DNA of 64,000 bases from an uncultured Verrucomicrobia subdivision 3 bacterium. GTDB lineage: Bacteria > Verrucomicrobiota > Verrucomicrobiia > Limisphaerales > UBA11358. Where the stretch lies: the NCBI GenBank assembly GCA_903878805.1, contig CAIRJF010000014.1, positions 18,426 through 82,425 on the forward strand. Direction: 5' to 3'. The translations under genes and the position numbers were made by a program. Of the stretch, positions 16,690 to 27,300 are shown piece by piece. The notes under the pieces are model-generated. The model was not told where the DNA came from. It did not search any database and saw only the letters and a list, made by a program, of their open reading frames with translations. Each line of letters opens with the position of its first letter. Position 1 is the stretch's first letter.

Positions 16690-17843
16690 GGCTGGTAGAG
16701 AAAATACATCAGACCCGCTTGCAGCTTCGGCGCTTCGACGCCGAAGTCGAGCTTGAGGTCGTGAGCCTTGCTGCTTTGACCGAACATCGAAAGAAAATTT
16801 GAAAGGTCATAGCGCTCGCGGTATTCGACGAGATTTGCCGAATCAAGGTGCGTGATGTCGAGTGCGCGATCCACGGTGTCGTCGAAATCGCCAAGTTCGT
16901 CCACGAGGCCGAGGTCGAGCGCCTGTTTGCCGGAGAGCACGCGGCCATCGGCAAAATCCGTCCAGTTGTCCGCGAGCGCCGCGCCTTGTTTTTTGTTCAG
17001 TTCATGCGCGGCGGTGCGACCATCGGCGACGACGCCCTTGAATTTTTCATAGGTCTCGTCAATCAAACCCTGCACCATCGCGTGTTCTTCCGGCGGAATT
17101 TCGGAAGGCTCGCGTTCGCCGCTCAACATGTCCTTGAACTTGCCGCTCTTGAACGTCGTGGGCGCGATGCCAACCTTGTCCATCAGGCCGCGATAATTGT
17201 AGCCGTGCATGATGACGCCGATGCTGCCGGTGATCGTGAGTTCGTTCGCGACAATCCAGCGGCAGCCGGATGAAATGTAATAACCGCCCGACGCCGCCAG
17301 GCTGCCCATCGAGCAGATCACCGGCTTGCCCTTGCGACCGGGCTTGCCGTTCTCGCCCGCCTCGTCCGTTTCAAACGCGCGAATGGCCTTGTAAATGTCG
17401 TCGGATGCCAGCACCTCGCCGCCGGGAGAATCCACTTTCAGGATGACGGCCTTGACGCGTTTGTCGTCGCTCGCGCGGTCAAGCTGCGCCTGGATGACAT
17501 CCACCGCATTGTTGCCGTTGTCGTCGTAATCGTGGCCGGAGATGACGCCGTCCACCGTGATTACGGCGATTTTGTTCTGCGAATCGTTGTCCTCCAAAAT
17601 ACATTCTTCCAGTTTTGGCCCGACTTCGCGCGCGCTGGCCGTTTTGTAATTATGATTGAAGCTGAAAGTATGAATCACCATTTGACCGACAATCACCAGC
17701 CCGGCAAAAAACAGCAGCACCGCGAGAATGATGGAAATGATCATCCAGCCGCGCGACTTGCGCGGTTTCGGCGGCGGTGCGATGACGGGCGGTGACGACA
17801 GCGGCGGCGGGGTCGAACCAAACGGAAAAGGCGGTGCATCCAT
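16686..17843 (-). CDS. sppA: Signal peptide peptidase SppA (S49 family, 36K type)
   Basis: N-terminal TM, SPGGEV, GSLAASGGYYIS (catalytic Ser region), TGSIGV. 4-nt overlap with upp. Confidence 0.85.
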   Translation of the reverse strand: MDAPPFPFGSTPPPLSSPPVIAPPPKPRKSRGWMIISIILAVLLFFAGLVIVGQMVIHTFSFNHNYKTASAREVGPKLEECILEDNDSQNKIAVITVDGVISGHDYDDNGNNAVDVIQAQLDRASDDKRVKAVILKVDSPGGEVLASDDIYKAIRAFETDEAGENGKPGRKGKPVICSMGSLAASGGYYISSGCRWIVANELTITGSIGVIMHGYNYRGLMDKVGIAPTTFKSGKFKDMLSGEREPSEIPPEEHAMVQGLIDETYEKFKGVVADGRTAAHELNKKQGAALADNWTDFADGRVLSGKQALDLGLVDELGDFDDTVDRALDITHLDSANLVEYRERYDLSNFLSMFGQSSKAHDLKLDFGVEAPKLQAGLMYFLYQP

Positions 17844-17889
17844 AATCCCCGCAAATTAACGCAAACCGGGCAGGTCGGCAAGCGGTGCT

Positions 17890-18879
17890 TCACCAATAAT
17901 GATGCACCAGCGGCCGAATCTCGCGCGCGTAAAGCGCGGAGATTTTTTCCATCGTCGTCTGGGAAAGTGGTGGCAAATCGGACGCGGCAATGTTCTCCGC
18001 AACCTGCGCCGGGCGTTTCGCGCCAGGAATGGCGCCGGTCACGGCGGGAAATTCCAGAATCCAACGCAAGGCCAGTTGCGCCAGCGATGCGCCGGGCGGA
18101 ACGAGTTTTTTTAATTCTTCCACCGCGCGCAGGCCGGTCGCAAAATCCACGCCGGAAAAAGTTTCGCCGCGGTCAAACGCCGCGCCATGGCGGTTGAAAT
18201 TCCGGTGGTCATCTTTCGCAAACTTGCTCGCGGCGGAAATTTTGCCGGACAGCAAACCGGAAGCGAGTGGCACGCGCGCGAGGATGCCGACCTTGCGTTT
18301 CTGCGCCTCCGCAAAAAATAATTCCGCCGGACGTTGCCGGAAAATATTGAAGATGATCTGCACGGACTGGACGTTCGGAAACTCGATGGCCTTGAGCGCC
18401 TCCTCCACTTTTTCCACGCTGACGCCGTAATGCCGCAATTTTCCGGCCTTCACCAAATCGTCAAGAATGCCAAACACTTCCGGGCGGTAAAAAACTTCCG
18501 GGTGCGGGCAATGCAGTTGCAGCAGGTCAATCGTGTCCGTGTTCAGATTTTTCAGGCTACGGTTGACCCACGCGGTGAGATTTTTGCGGCTGTAACCTTT
18601 GACCGTTTGGACGGGCAGGCGGCGTCCGGCTTTGGTGGCGATGTAGAATTTTTCCTTCCGCTCCTTTTTTAATTTGGCGAAGAGCCGTTCGCTGCGGCCA
18701 TCACCGTAAACATCGGCGGTGTCGAAAAAATTTACGCCGCCGTCGAGTGCCGCGTGCAACGCGGCGAGCGATTCGGCATCGCTCACGTCGCCCCACGAGC
18801 CGCCGATGGCCCACGCGCCAAAGCTGATTTCAGAGATTTTCCAGCCGGTGCGGCCAAGCGTGCGGTAATTCATGCGCAA
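17890..18879 (-). CDS. Aldo/keto reductase family oxidoreductase
   Basis: YRTLGRTGWKISEISFGAWAIGG, FFDTADVYGDGRSE and an AKR C-terminal pattern. Confidence 0.85.
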   Translation of the reverse strand: MRMNYRTLGRTGWKISEISFGAWAIGGSWGDVSDAESLAALHAALDGGVNFFDTADVYGDGRSERLFAKLKKERKEKFYIATKAGRRLPVQTVKGYSRKNLTAWVNRSLKNLNTDTIDLLQLHCPHPEVFYRPEVFGILDDLVKAGKLRHYGVSVEKVEEALKAIEFPNVQSVQIIFNIFRQRPAELFFAEAQKRKVGILARVPLASGLLSGKISAASKFAKDDHRNFNRHGAAFDRGETFSGVDFATGLRAVEELKKLVPPGASLAQLALRWILEFPAVTGAIPGAKRPAQVAENIAASDLPPLSQTTMEKISALYAREIRPLVHHYW

Positions 18880-18920
18880 AATTTAGGCGAATGCGTTGCG
18901 TAAGCAAGGCGGCAAATTTT

Positions 18921-20495
18921 TCAGCACCGGTTTACGAGCGAGGTGAAGTAACGCCGGAACGCCGCGTGGAGGGAATCTTCCGCCGCCTTGGGATTGGGAA
19001 CTTCTTTGCGCGCGGTGGAGAACAGGTTCATGGTGGCGTTGGCCTCGTAAAAAATTATTTTTTCATCCGCGCCGACGTCGAAATCCATGCCGAACACGTC
19101 TAGCGGAATCCGGCTGCGGATTTTTTGGAGCGACTGCATGACCGTCCGCCCCAATCCGGCCTCGGCGTCCTGGCACAGGCGTTTTTCCTCGTCGAGCAAG
19201 TGCGGGTTTTTTAGATAAAATGCCACCCGCTCGTCAGACCTACGCGCATAAATTTTCCAATAGTCATCGTAATCCACGCGGACAAGGACGGTTTCATCGC
19301 GGACAAACGCCACACGGAGTTTGCGGTAAAACTCGCTGCCGTTTCGGCTGTCCACGAACTGCGTGACAAAAAACTTTTCCGGAAAATCCGCCGCCAGCAC
19401 CGCGAGCAGTGCCGCGCGGTTGTCCACCTTCGTCATGCCGACGCCCATTTGCGAGGCGAGCGTGCGCGTAATCAGCGGATATTCGTAGTGCGACTCGATT
19501 TCCCGCACCAATTCCTCGCGCGTTTTTCCCGCCGAGGAAAAACGCATTGTCTTGGGAACAATGACGCCGGGAAGGTCCTCGACCAGCTTGGCGGAAACAT
19601 CGCGCGTGGTTTGCACCGCCTGCGTGGGATGATTGATCACCGGCACGCCAAAGCTATCAACCAGCGCAATCACCACCGGCAGCTTGCCCTCGGAAATGAT
19701 GCGCTCGCCATTGGTATGATTGTTGAGAATCAAATCCGGCTGCGGAATTTTGGCGCGCGCGAAATGCCGCGTGGCGTCGCCCTCAAAAACGAAGGTGAAA
19801 TGAAATTCATCGCGTAAACGTAACGCAATCTGGCCGGGATAATTCGGGCAGGCGATATGCAGATGCTCAAACGACTTAAATTCACCGTCAACGATGTCGG
19901 GATTTTGATTGAGGATGAGAATGTTTGCCTGCTGCGTTGGCCGCCGCTCCGCAAGATACACCGGCGATTCCGCCACCCGCGCCTCAAGCGACAGGATATA
20001 AATTTTTTTGGCCTCGTCCGCCCGCCCGAGTTCTTTCAGCGCGAGACTTTTGGCATACAAAGCTTCATACTGCGCCGGATTTAATTTCAGTGCCGCCTCG
20101 CACGCCGCCAGCGCCTCGTCAAAATTTTTCAGCTCCAGCAAGGTGATGGCCTTGGTCACCCACGCTTTGAGGTAGGCGGGATTGGCCGTGAGCGCTTGCG
20201 CAAACGCCGGCAATGCCTCCGCGCGGCGCTCCGTCTCGGTCAGGGCGATTCCCAAGTTCGTCCATGCCTCCGCCGATTGGTCGTCCAAGGCCGCGGCCCG
20301 GCGCGCGAGCGGCTCCGCCTCGGCAAATTTTTTCAGTTTGATTTTGACCGCCGCCAAATTGTTCAGCGTGGAGACCCGGTCGGGAATGATTTCCAGCGCG
20401 CGCGCAAACTCGGTTTCGGCGGCGTCAAAACGGTTTTTTTCCAGAAGCTGCAAACCTTTGAAAAAAGATTGTCTGGCTGTTTCAAAATCATCCAT
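18921..20495 (-). CDS. TPR-repeat protein with C-terminal ATP-grasp-like domain
   Basis: N-terminal ~170 aa of TPR-like repeats. C-terminal region with an ATP-grasp-like pattern (FFVTQFVDS...YRKLRVAFV...DVFGMDFDV...IIFYEANATMN). Confidence 0.6.
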   Translation of the reverse strand: MDDFETARQSFFKGLQLLEKNRFDAAETEFARALEIIPDRVSTLNNLAAVKIKLKKFAEAEPLARRAAALDDQSAEAWTNLGIALTETERRAEALPAFAQALTANPAYLKAWVTKAITLLELKNFDEALAACEAALKLNPAQYEALYAKSLALKELGRADEAKKIYILSLEARVAESPVYLAERRPTQQANILILNQNPDIVDGEFKSFEHLHIACPNYPGQIALRLRDEFHFTFVFEGDATRHFARAKIPQPDLILNNHTNGERIISEGKLPVVIALVDSFGVPVINHPTQAVQTTRDVSAKLVEDLPGVIVPKTMRFSSAGKTREELVREIESHYEYPLITRTLASQMGVGMTKVDNRAALLAVLAADFPEKFFVTQFVDSRNGSEFYRKLRVAFVRDETVLVRVDYDDYWKIYARRSDERVAFYLKNPHLLDEEKRLCQDAEAGLGRTVMQSLQKIRSRIPLDVFGMDFDVGADEKIIFYEANATMNLFSTARKEVPNPKAAEDSLHAAFRRYFTSLVNRC

Positions 20496-20679
20496 GGGAC
20501 GTTATTTAAATTGCCGCGCGGCATTTTTTTGCTGGCGGAATGCGAATCATCAGATTTCTGCGGATGTTAAAGCGTGACGCCGGAAAATCAACGCGGAACC
20601 GTTCTCGGCCACTGCCCACCAGATTTCTTTCGGAAGTAAAGCCGCTTTACTCTTTTCCGCTCGCGGTTAGAATCGGCTG

Positions 20680-21351
20680 ATGGCTGGCGAATACGACTCC
20701 ACTGAATTTGTTGACACCGATTTCACGTCGCAGAAATCTCCGTTCGCCGCGCCCGCGCCCGACCCGCTCCGCGCGCCGACGCGCGAGGATGTGGACCGCC
20801 GCGTTGTTGACGCGCAGCAAAAGCTCGTCGCGCTCAAGCGCGCGCAGGAGGAGCTGGAACGCGAACGCGCCGGGTTGGAAGAACTCCGCCGCCGTCAGAC
20901 GGAATTCCAGACCGGTCGCGACGAAATCATCCAGCAGCTCACCCGCGGCCTCGGCCTGCTCGAAGAAGCTGAGTTTGCCGCGCGCCGCGAGGCCGAGCAG
21001 ATGGTCAAAACGGTCGGCGATTTCCGTGCCGCGCTCGCCAAGGTGCAGGCCATCCACGACGAAGTTTGGACGAAAGAAAATTTTCAAATCGAACTTACGC
21101 GCGCGCTGACGACGATTGAAAACGCGCGGATGGAATGGAATTCCGCCCGGCTCAAACTGCCAGTGCTCGCGGGCGAAACCAAGCCGACCGCTGTCGGCGA
21201 AAAAAATTCCACCGCCGCGTCCGCCGCGCCGTCATTGGCGGAAATGGATTTCGGCTCGCTCTGCAAAATCGGGCTGGCGTTGACGTGGCCGCTGCTGCTC
21301 GTCGCGCTGGGCGCGCTGGGAATTTTTATCGCGATCCTGTTGCGAAAATAA
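20680..21351 (+). CDS. Hypothetical tail-anchored coiled-coil protein
   Basis: 223 aa. Long charged heptad-like region (QQKLVALKRAQEELERERAGLEELRRRQTEF) and a single C-terminal TM (LALTWPLLLVALGALGIFIAILL). Confidence 0.6.
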   Translation: MAGEYDSTEFVDTDFTSQKSPFAAPAPDPLRAPTREDVDRRVVDAQQKLVALKRAQEELERERAGLEELRRRQTEFQTGRDEIIQQLTRGLGLLEEAEFAARREAEQMVKTVGDFRAALAKVQAIHDEVWTKENFQIELTRALTTIENARMEWNSARLKLPVLAGETKPTAVGEKNSTAASAAPSLAEMDFGSLCKIGLALTWPLLLVALGALGIFIAILLRK

Positions 21352-21357
21352 AACCGC

Positions 21358-21870
21358 ATGGCACTGTCGAAAAAAAAGCCCGACCCAATTTCCGAGAAGG
21401 CTCGCGCCTTGGCCGACCAGATTGCCGCACTAGAATCCGAAATCAAAATCCTCGACACGCAACTCACCCGCCCGCCGGAGCCAAAATTCCGCTCCACCAC
21501 CAAGCCGCCGGGCGAAACTTTTTTGCGTGCCGACGATATTCCCGCACCCGCGCCCAAACCGAGCGAGCCGGTATTTGAGGAGGTCAACCGCACCAAGCTC
21601 GGGGCGCGCGACGACGCCGAGGCGGCGGAACTTTTCAACGAGCTGGGCGTGCGCAAATATGATCTGCCCGCGCTATTCAACCGGCTGCGCAATCATTTTC
21701 GCGGCCCGACGACCAGCAATCCGCGCCTCGTGAATTATCTCGCCGCTGGTGGCGTGCAGGGCCTGCGCCCGCTGCGCTACGAGAAGCGCGTGGCGCGCAA
21801 CCGTTTTTTTGCGCTGGTAATTGTCGTCACCGTCGTGTTGCTGGGATTATTTTTGATGCTCAAACATTGA
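21358..21870 (+). CDS. Hypothetical tail-anchored protein
   Basis: 170 aa. Short N-terminal coiled coil and a C-terminal TM (FFALVIVVTVVLLGLFLML). Starts 7 nt after the previous gene and abuts ogt. Confidence 0.55.
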   Translation: MALSKKKPDPISEKARALADQIAALESEIKILDTQLTRPPEPKFRSTTKPPGETFLRADDIPAPAPKPSEPVFEEVNRTKLGARDDAEAAELFNELGVRKYDLPALFNRLRNHFRGPTTSNPRLVNYLAAGGVQGLRPLRYEKRVARNRFFALVIVVTVVLLGLFLMLKH

Positions 21871-22362
21871 ATGAAAGTGCCGCTGATTGAAATCCCGATA
21901 GCCACGCGCGAAGGAATTTTTCTCGCGCGCTATTCGGAAAACGGTCTGGCGGAATTAAAATTTCCCCAGGTGGGGCGAGCCCGAGCCGCTAACCAAGAAA
22001 AAGCCCCCGCCCAAATTCGCGGCTGGCAGCGTTTGACCGAAGCCGCGTTGAAAAATGTTTTGAGCGGTCGCGCACCCAAAAAATTTCCGCCGCTGGATTT
22101 GGTTGGGACGGATTTTCAGAGAAGCGTTTGGAACGCGCTGCGGAAAACTTCTTGCGGCAAGACGAAAAGCTACGGGGAAATTGCGGTTGCAATTGGCAAG
22201 CCCAAAGCGGTGCGGGCGGTGGGCGGTGCGTGCGGGGCGAATCCGGTTCCGGTTTTAATCCCGTGCCATCGTGTGCTGGCGGCGAATGGGAAAATTGGCG
22301 GTTTTTCCGGCGGACTGGATTGGAAGCGCGACTTGCTGGCGCGCGAGGGAATCAAAATTTAA
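21871..22362 (+). CDS. ogt: Methylated-DNA--protein-cysteine methyltransferase
   Basis: PCHRV active-site motif (IPCHRVLAANGKIGGFSGG) and the preceding YGEIA helix. Confidence 0.85.
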   Translation: MKVPLIEIPIATREGIFLARYSENGLAELKFPQVGRARAANQEKAPAQIRGWQRLTEAALKNVLSGRAPKKFPPLDLVGTDFQRSVWNALRKTSCGKTKSYGEIAVAIGKPKAVRAVGGACGANPVPVLIPCHRVLAANGKIGGFSGGLDWKRDLLAREGIKI

Positions 22363-22371
22363 TCAGCGCGT

Positions 22372-23127
22372 TCAGTTTCTGGCGGTGGCGCGGGCGGCTT
22401 CGATTTCTTTTTTCGCTTTGGCAAAATCTTCGCGGTAATCGTCGTCCTTTTTCAATTGCTTGACGATGGCTAGGGCGAGGACGCGGCCGGCGTAGATGTC
22501 CGTGGGATAATGCCGCGCGATTTGCACGCGATGCCAGCCCATCAGTCGCGCGTGGGTGAGGATGGCGTCGCGCTGTTCCGGCAGCAAATCGGCGAGGACG
22601 AGCGCCAGCACCATCGTTTCAGTGGAATGGCCGCTGGGGTAGCTAAAGGATTTTTCCAGCTTGCCGTTGGCGAGGCTGGGGTCGGTGGTGAACGGGCGCG
22701 GGCGTTGGAAATGATCCTTGCCGAGGTCGGTCACTGTCTCGGCGTCGAGCTGAACTTTTTGAAAGAATGCGGCGGTTATGGGGAGGTTGGTTTCAACAAA
22801 AAAGCTGCCGACGGAATCGGTGAAATTAAAGACGGAGAATTTTTTTTCGGAATAGGCAGCCTGCTTGTCGGCCTCGCTGGCGGCGTGATAAACGGATTTC
22901 ACTTCCTCCATGTCGGCGGCTTGCTCGGCGGAATCCATGAGCGGCGGCGGTGGGAGCAGCGTGGCGGCGTCCGGCTTGCCGGGTTCGAGATAATGCAGCT
23001 CACTTTTCGCAACCAACTTGCCGGGTTGCGCCATTGTATCGACTTGCGCGTGGAGCGGGGTGACAGCTAGCGAAAGGCCCAAACAGGCGGCGGTCAAAGA
23101 CAAAAAATTACGTGGATAAATTTTCAT
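22372..23127 (-). CDS. Secreted class A nonspecific acid phosphatase (PAP2 superfamily)
   Basis: Signal peptide. KDHFQRPRP, YPSGHS and HRVQIARHYPTD motifs. Confidence 0.8.
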   Translation of the reverse strand: MKIYPRNFLSLTAACLGLSLAVTPLHAQVDTMAQPGKLVAKSELHYLEPGKPDAATLLPPPPLMDSAEQAADMEEVKSVYHAASEADKQAAYSEKKFSVFNFTDSVGSFFVETNLPITAAFFQKVQLDAETVTDLGKDHFQRPRPFTTDPSLANGKLEKSFSYPSGHSTETMVLALVLADLLPEQRDAILTHARLMGWHRVQIARHYPTDIYAGRVLALAIVKQLKKDDDYREDFAKAKKEIEAARATARN

Positions 23128-23162
23128 GCGATGAATCAGAAACTTGAGTTTTCTAACGAACT

Positions 23163-24086
23163 TCAGTTGCCGCCGCTGTTAGGAATTTGATTGCCTTGGC
23201 AATCCCAATTGATGTCAGTCCGCGCCGGATCGTAGCCTGCAGGAACGGTTCCGGTTGGGCCGACAACAGTTCCGTCGGAGACGACGTAATTATATTTGAA
23301 ATAGCCGGCATGACCGTCACTAAAGGTAATTTGACCACCTTGATTGTGGCGGGAGGAAAAGCGTGTCGTGTAACATTGCGGCGTAGCCAATGTCGTGGGG
23401 CTGGATCCGGAATACGGTGTTTCGTCCGAACGGTAACGAACGTCGGAGAAAAGCACGAGGGCAGAAGGATGGGCTATCATTTGGGTTTTCAAGGGCAGGC
23501 GCGAAGGTGCACTTAAACTTTCTAAATAGGTGGATTTTGAATTCATTCCATAACTGAACAGCGGGCGAGTTCCAATGTCCATTTGTCCGGCATTCGATTG
23601 ATCCGGCCCATAAACGCCAAGCGCGTAAGCTGTCGGGCAAATAAAAATATTGTGGCCGGTGGACACGGAACCGGAGAACGCCGCCCGGTTTGCACTGAGG
23701 GCGTAAAAATACATTGGTTGACTGGCAACATACGAAGGCAAGGCATTGAACCAAGCATTGTCACCAATGTGGAGATTGACGTGATAAGAGTTGATGTTTT
23801 GCCAAGAAGGAGTGTCTAAATCACTTGAATTGAATTGAGCCGCTGGCTCATATCGGGGATATGGGGAAAATTGGTTGTTGTCCTCAACATACATGCAGGC
23901 GGCCAATCCCCACTGTTTTGAATTGCTCAAGCAGACGGTCTGTTGTGCCTTGGCCTTGGCCTTGGAGAGTGCGGGCAACAGCATCGCGGCGAGGATGGCG
24001 ATGATGGCAATGACCACCAACAATTCAATCAGTGTAAAGCCCTTGCAAAGATTGCTTCTCTTGTCTGAAATATTCTTTTTATCCAT
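23163..24086 (-). CDS. Prepilin-type N-terminal cleavage/methylation domain protein, DUF1559/H-X9-DG-like
   Basis: [31 protein letters not shown]-terminus. C-terminal [18 protein letters not shown]. This family is expanded in Verrucomicrobiota/Planctomycetota. Confidence 0.85.
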   Translation of the reverse strand: MDKKNISDKRSNLCKGFTLIELLVVIAIIAILAAMLLPALSKAKAKAQQTVCLSNSKQWGLAACMYVEDNNQFSPYPRYEPAAQFNSSDLDTPSWQNINSYHVNLHIGDNAWFNALPSYVASQPMYFYALSANRAAFSGSVSTGHNIFICPTAYALGVYGPDQSNAGQMDIGTRPLFSYGMNSKSTYLESLSAPSRLPLKTQMIAHPSALVLFSDVRYRSDETPYSGSSPTTLATPQCYTTRFSSRHNQGGQITFSDGHAGYFKYNYVVSDGTVVGPTGTVPAGYDPARTDINWDCQGNQIPNSGGN

Positions 24087-24321
24087 GTCGGCAATTGTGC
24101 CAACCCAATGTTACAATCAGATGTCATCAATGTTACGAATCTGTGACTTGATTGTGTCTGCTTGTTTTATTTTTTAACCAAATGGTTACTTAAAATGTTG
24201 TAACCTAATTGTCACCTGTAAGCCATTTGTTTGTAACTTATAAGTGGATAATTACGGCGTCCGGAAAAGTGTAAGCTTTTAATTTTGTGCCGGGTCTTAA
24301 ATCGAACCAACATCTAACTAA

Positions 24322-27300
24322 ATGAAAATAAAAAACATTGCATCCATTGCTGCGCTGATTGCGGTCTCTCTGTTCACGGCTAATGCCGCGAACACTACCC
24401 TGACCGCTTGGACCTTTGACAACAATGGTCTCGGATCCAATATCAGCCCGACCCCATCCACGGGATTGGGTGCTGCGGCCAGCGTGGTTGCCCCATACGC
24501 TCCCGGCAATCAAACTATAGTTTCTCTTTCCGGCAGCAGCACGATTTCTCAGCCCTACAGCTGGCAGTTACAATCCGGCTGGTCCACCAATGCTCCGCTT
24601 GGCTCGCAGGGTGCGCAGTTTGCTGGCAGCACTGCGGGTTATTATCAGGTTCAAGTTTCTTTTGATGTCAATGCGACGGCAGATGCGGAAGCCTATTTGC
24701 AGGTGCAATACACGACGGAAGGCACGATCTGGCACAACGCTACCATTACTTCCGTCGGCACCGGGGCGACCATTTACAACAACAGCAGCACCAGCAACAG
24801 CCTGGTAGTTGGCTCTTATTGCAAGCTCGCGAGCGGTTGGAACAACCAAATCAAGGTGAGTCTGGTTGGCGTCTCGGGAGTTGACAATTGTGCCGCTTTT
24901 GCGATTCGCGTCGTCAATGCCGCGACGGGGACAAATTGTCTGACCACGACCGGCGCACATTACAATAACACGAGCGGCAGTTGGGCTTTTGACAACGTGG
25001 TCATCCAAGGCGTTTCCTACGACACCATTGCCGACTGGACTTTTGACAATCTTTCCAGCCTTCCCGCCCCCGTGAACAACCCGACGCCCGCTATCTCAAA
25101 CAACACCGCCACCGCGGCTATCATCGGCTTCAATCTGCCGAGTTATGTTTTCGCCGATGGCAGCGTTGGCAGCACCAATTATGCTGATATACCGAAGAAT
25201 GGTGTTCCGTATTCTTCCACTGGATCGGCGGGTCAATATGTCTGGCGTTTGCGCGGTCAGAATCCTGGCAACGGTTGGAACACCGCCGCGCCCATCGGTT
25301 CGCAGGGTGCTGAATTTGACGTTAGCACTCTTAATTACTCGAATGTTGTGTTGACTTTTGACCTTTATCAGACGAGTCAGGGCGAGGCCAAGATGTGTGT
25401 GCTTTACACCACTGATGGCTGGGTCACGACAAACATTGCCAACAATATTTCGTATGGTGCGAACCCGACTTTGATCGTTTCTAATAGCGCGGCAAATCCG
25501 CTCGACCTTCCCGGCACATATTTTTTCAACACTTTTGGTTCAATTTTTTTCAACAATCTGATTGTTGATTTCACCGGCGATCATACTGTGGAAAATAATC
25601 CAAACTTTGGCATTCGGATTGTGAATGCGGCCACCGGATCGGAATGTGTGAACTATTTGGGGCAGCCTTACAACAATGCCTCCGGCAACTCGCGCTTGGA
25701 CAACGTAGCGATCAATGGTCAGTATGAAGGTTTGTTTGCGCCGGTGGTCACCAATGCTCCCGTGGCCACAGTGGATAGCCCGTTCACCAACACTTTTGCT
25801 GTCAACGCGGCGTGGGCTTTGAACATTAACAGCATCTATGTCAATGGATTGCTCGTGCCGTCCTCGGCTTATACGATTACTTACAGCAATATCGTATTTA
25901 ACCCGGCTAACTCCACCGCGTTACAGGTGAGCGGCTTGGATAGCTTTGTCATTTATGCGAATGGTTTCACTACGGCCAAGTATAACCAGTTTGTTGCTAC
26001 CGGCAAAGCCGTCAAATTGACGCTTACTCAGCCGGCGGCTCCCTCGACCAGCGGTGGCACTCTGACGCTTCAGCCGATGGAGGCGGTTACGGATCAATAT
26101 GGTAACGGCACCACGAACCCCTATGCCAGCATGTATGTCGTCGCGAGCGTAAGCAACTCGGTCGCTTGGACTTTGGGAGGCAGCACCACTCAACCAATTG
26201 TGAACGGTTATTGTGTGTTCTCCAACCTGACCGCCACTGTGGCCGGTTCCACCAAAGTTACAGGTGCGGCAATCCAGTTCACTATTTACAACTACACAAA
26301 CACCGCTACGAACGGAACGACTGCCACCAACTATTCCTCCACATTCACGATTGGGGTTCCGCCGGTTCCGTTCACGCTGGGTAACTTGGCGGCTATTCAA
26401 AGTGATACGGTCTCGAACAACACCACCTTCAGCATTATTGAGTTGCAGCCTTCCACCGCCGGCCAAAGTAAACCCGTCAACATCGTTCCAATTAGTGCCA
26501 CCGGCGCAAATGCGTTACGTATGTCGCCCTCGGGTTCCGGAGGCCACTTGACATTGAGTGATGACGGCACGTTCCTGTGTTTTGCGGCCTATCAGGACGG
26601 CAGTTCGGTGACCCCTGACGAAACCTTCAACCTCAACCGCGCGGTTGGGATTATTTCCAACAATCTTGCCTTCGGCATACCGGTCAGTTATGTGTCCAGC
26701 TCGTTTGGCGGCAGCCAGGCTCGTGCCGCGTGCAGCCCGGACAACCAAAATTTCATCATTGATGATAAAGGCGGTCTTTATGTCAATAACACCTTGGTTT
26801 ACGCGCAAAACAACATCAGCGTGAAATCTTTCGGTGGTGCCACTTGGGCGCTGACGGCCAAGGTGCCTTATCCGCCCCAGCCATCTATGTTTCAATTTGT
26901 AAACGGAGGTGCCAATCCGCTGCCGCCGGATGCGATTGATTGGTCTGATCCGGGCGACAACGGGCCGAAAGTTGTCACCTCTTTGACTCCCCCTTCGGAT
27001 CCCGTCGCTCAGGACTTCTATCTGATCGCAACCAATGGAGCTTATAACATTGCCTATATCCTTGACCAAAACGGTGGCATCGGCGGAACCAACACCGTCA
27101 TCAGCAAATGGGTGTTCAATTCCGATCCCGCAGTGCTAGTCTGGAGCAACGTCGGTCGGTGGACTAACATTGACAACGGTGACAGTTTGTTTGCCACCAC
27201 CAACGGTGTGGGCGGTGTTTATCTGTTCTACGCAAATGGGGGCGGCGCCAAAAGCGGAAATTCAATTGTCCGCCTGACCGATCAAAACGTTGCCGGTTCG

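Noticed and set aside
20513-20531. tgccgcgcggca palindrome followed by T7 upstream of the TPR/ATP-grasp gene
   Set aside because: As a hairpin it would have only a 4-bp stem once a loop is allowed. It lies on the strand opposite to the only nearby gene, so it is not a convincing terminator.
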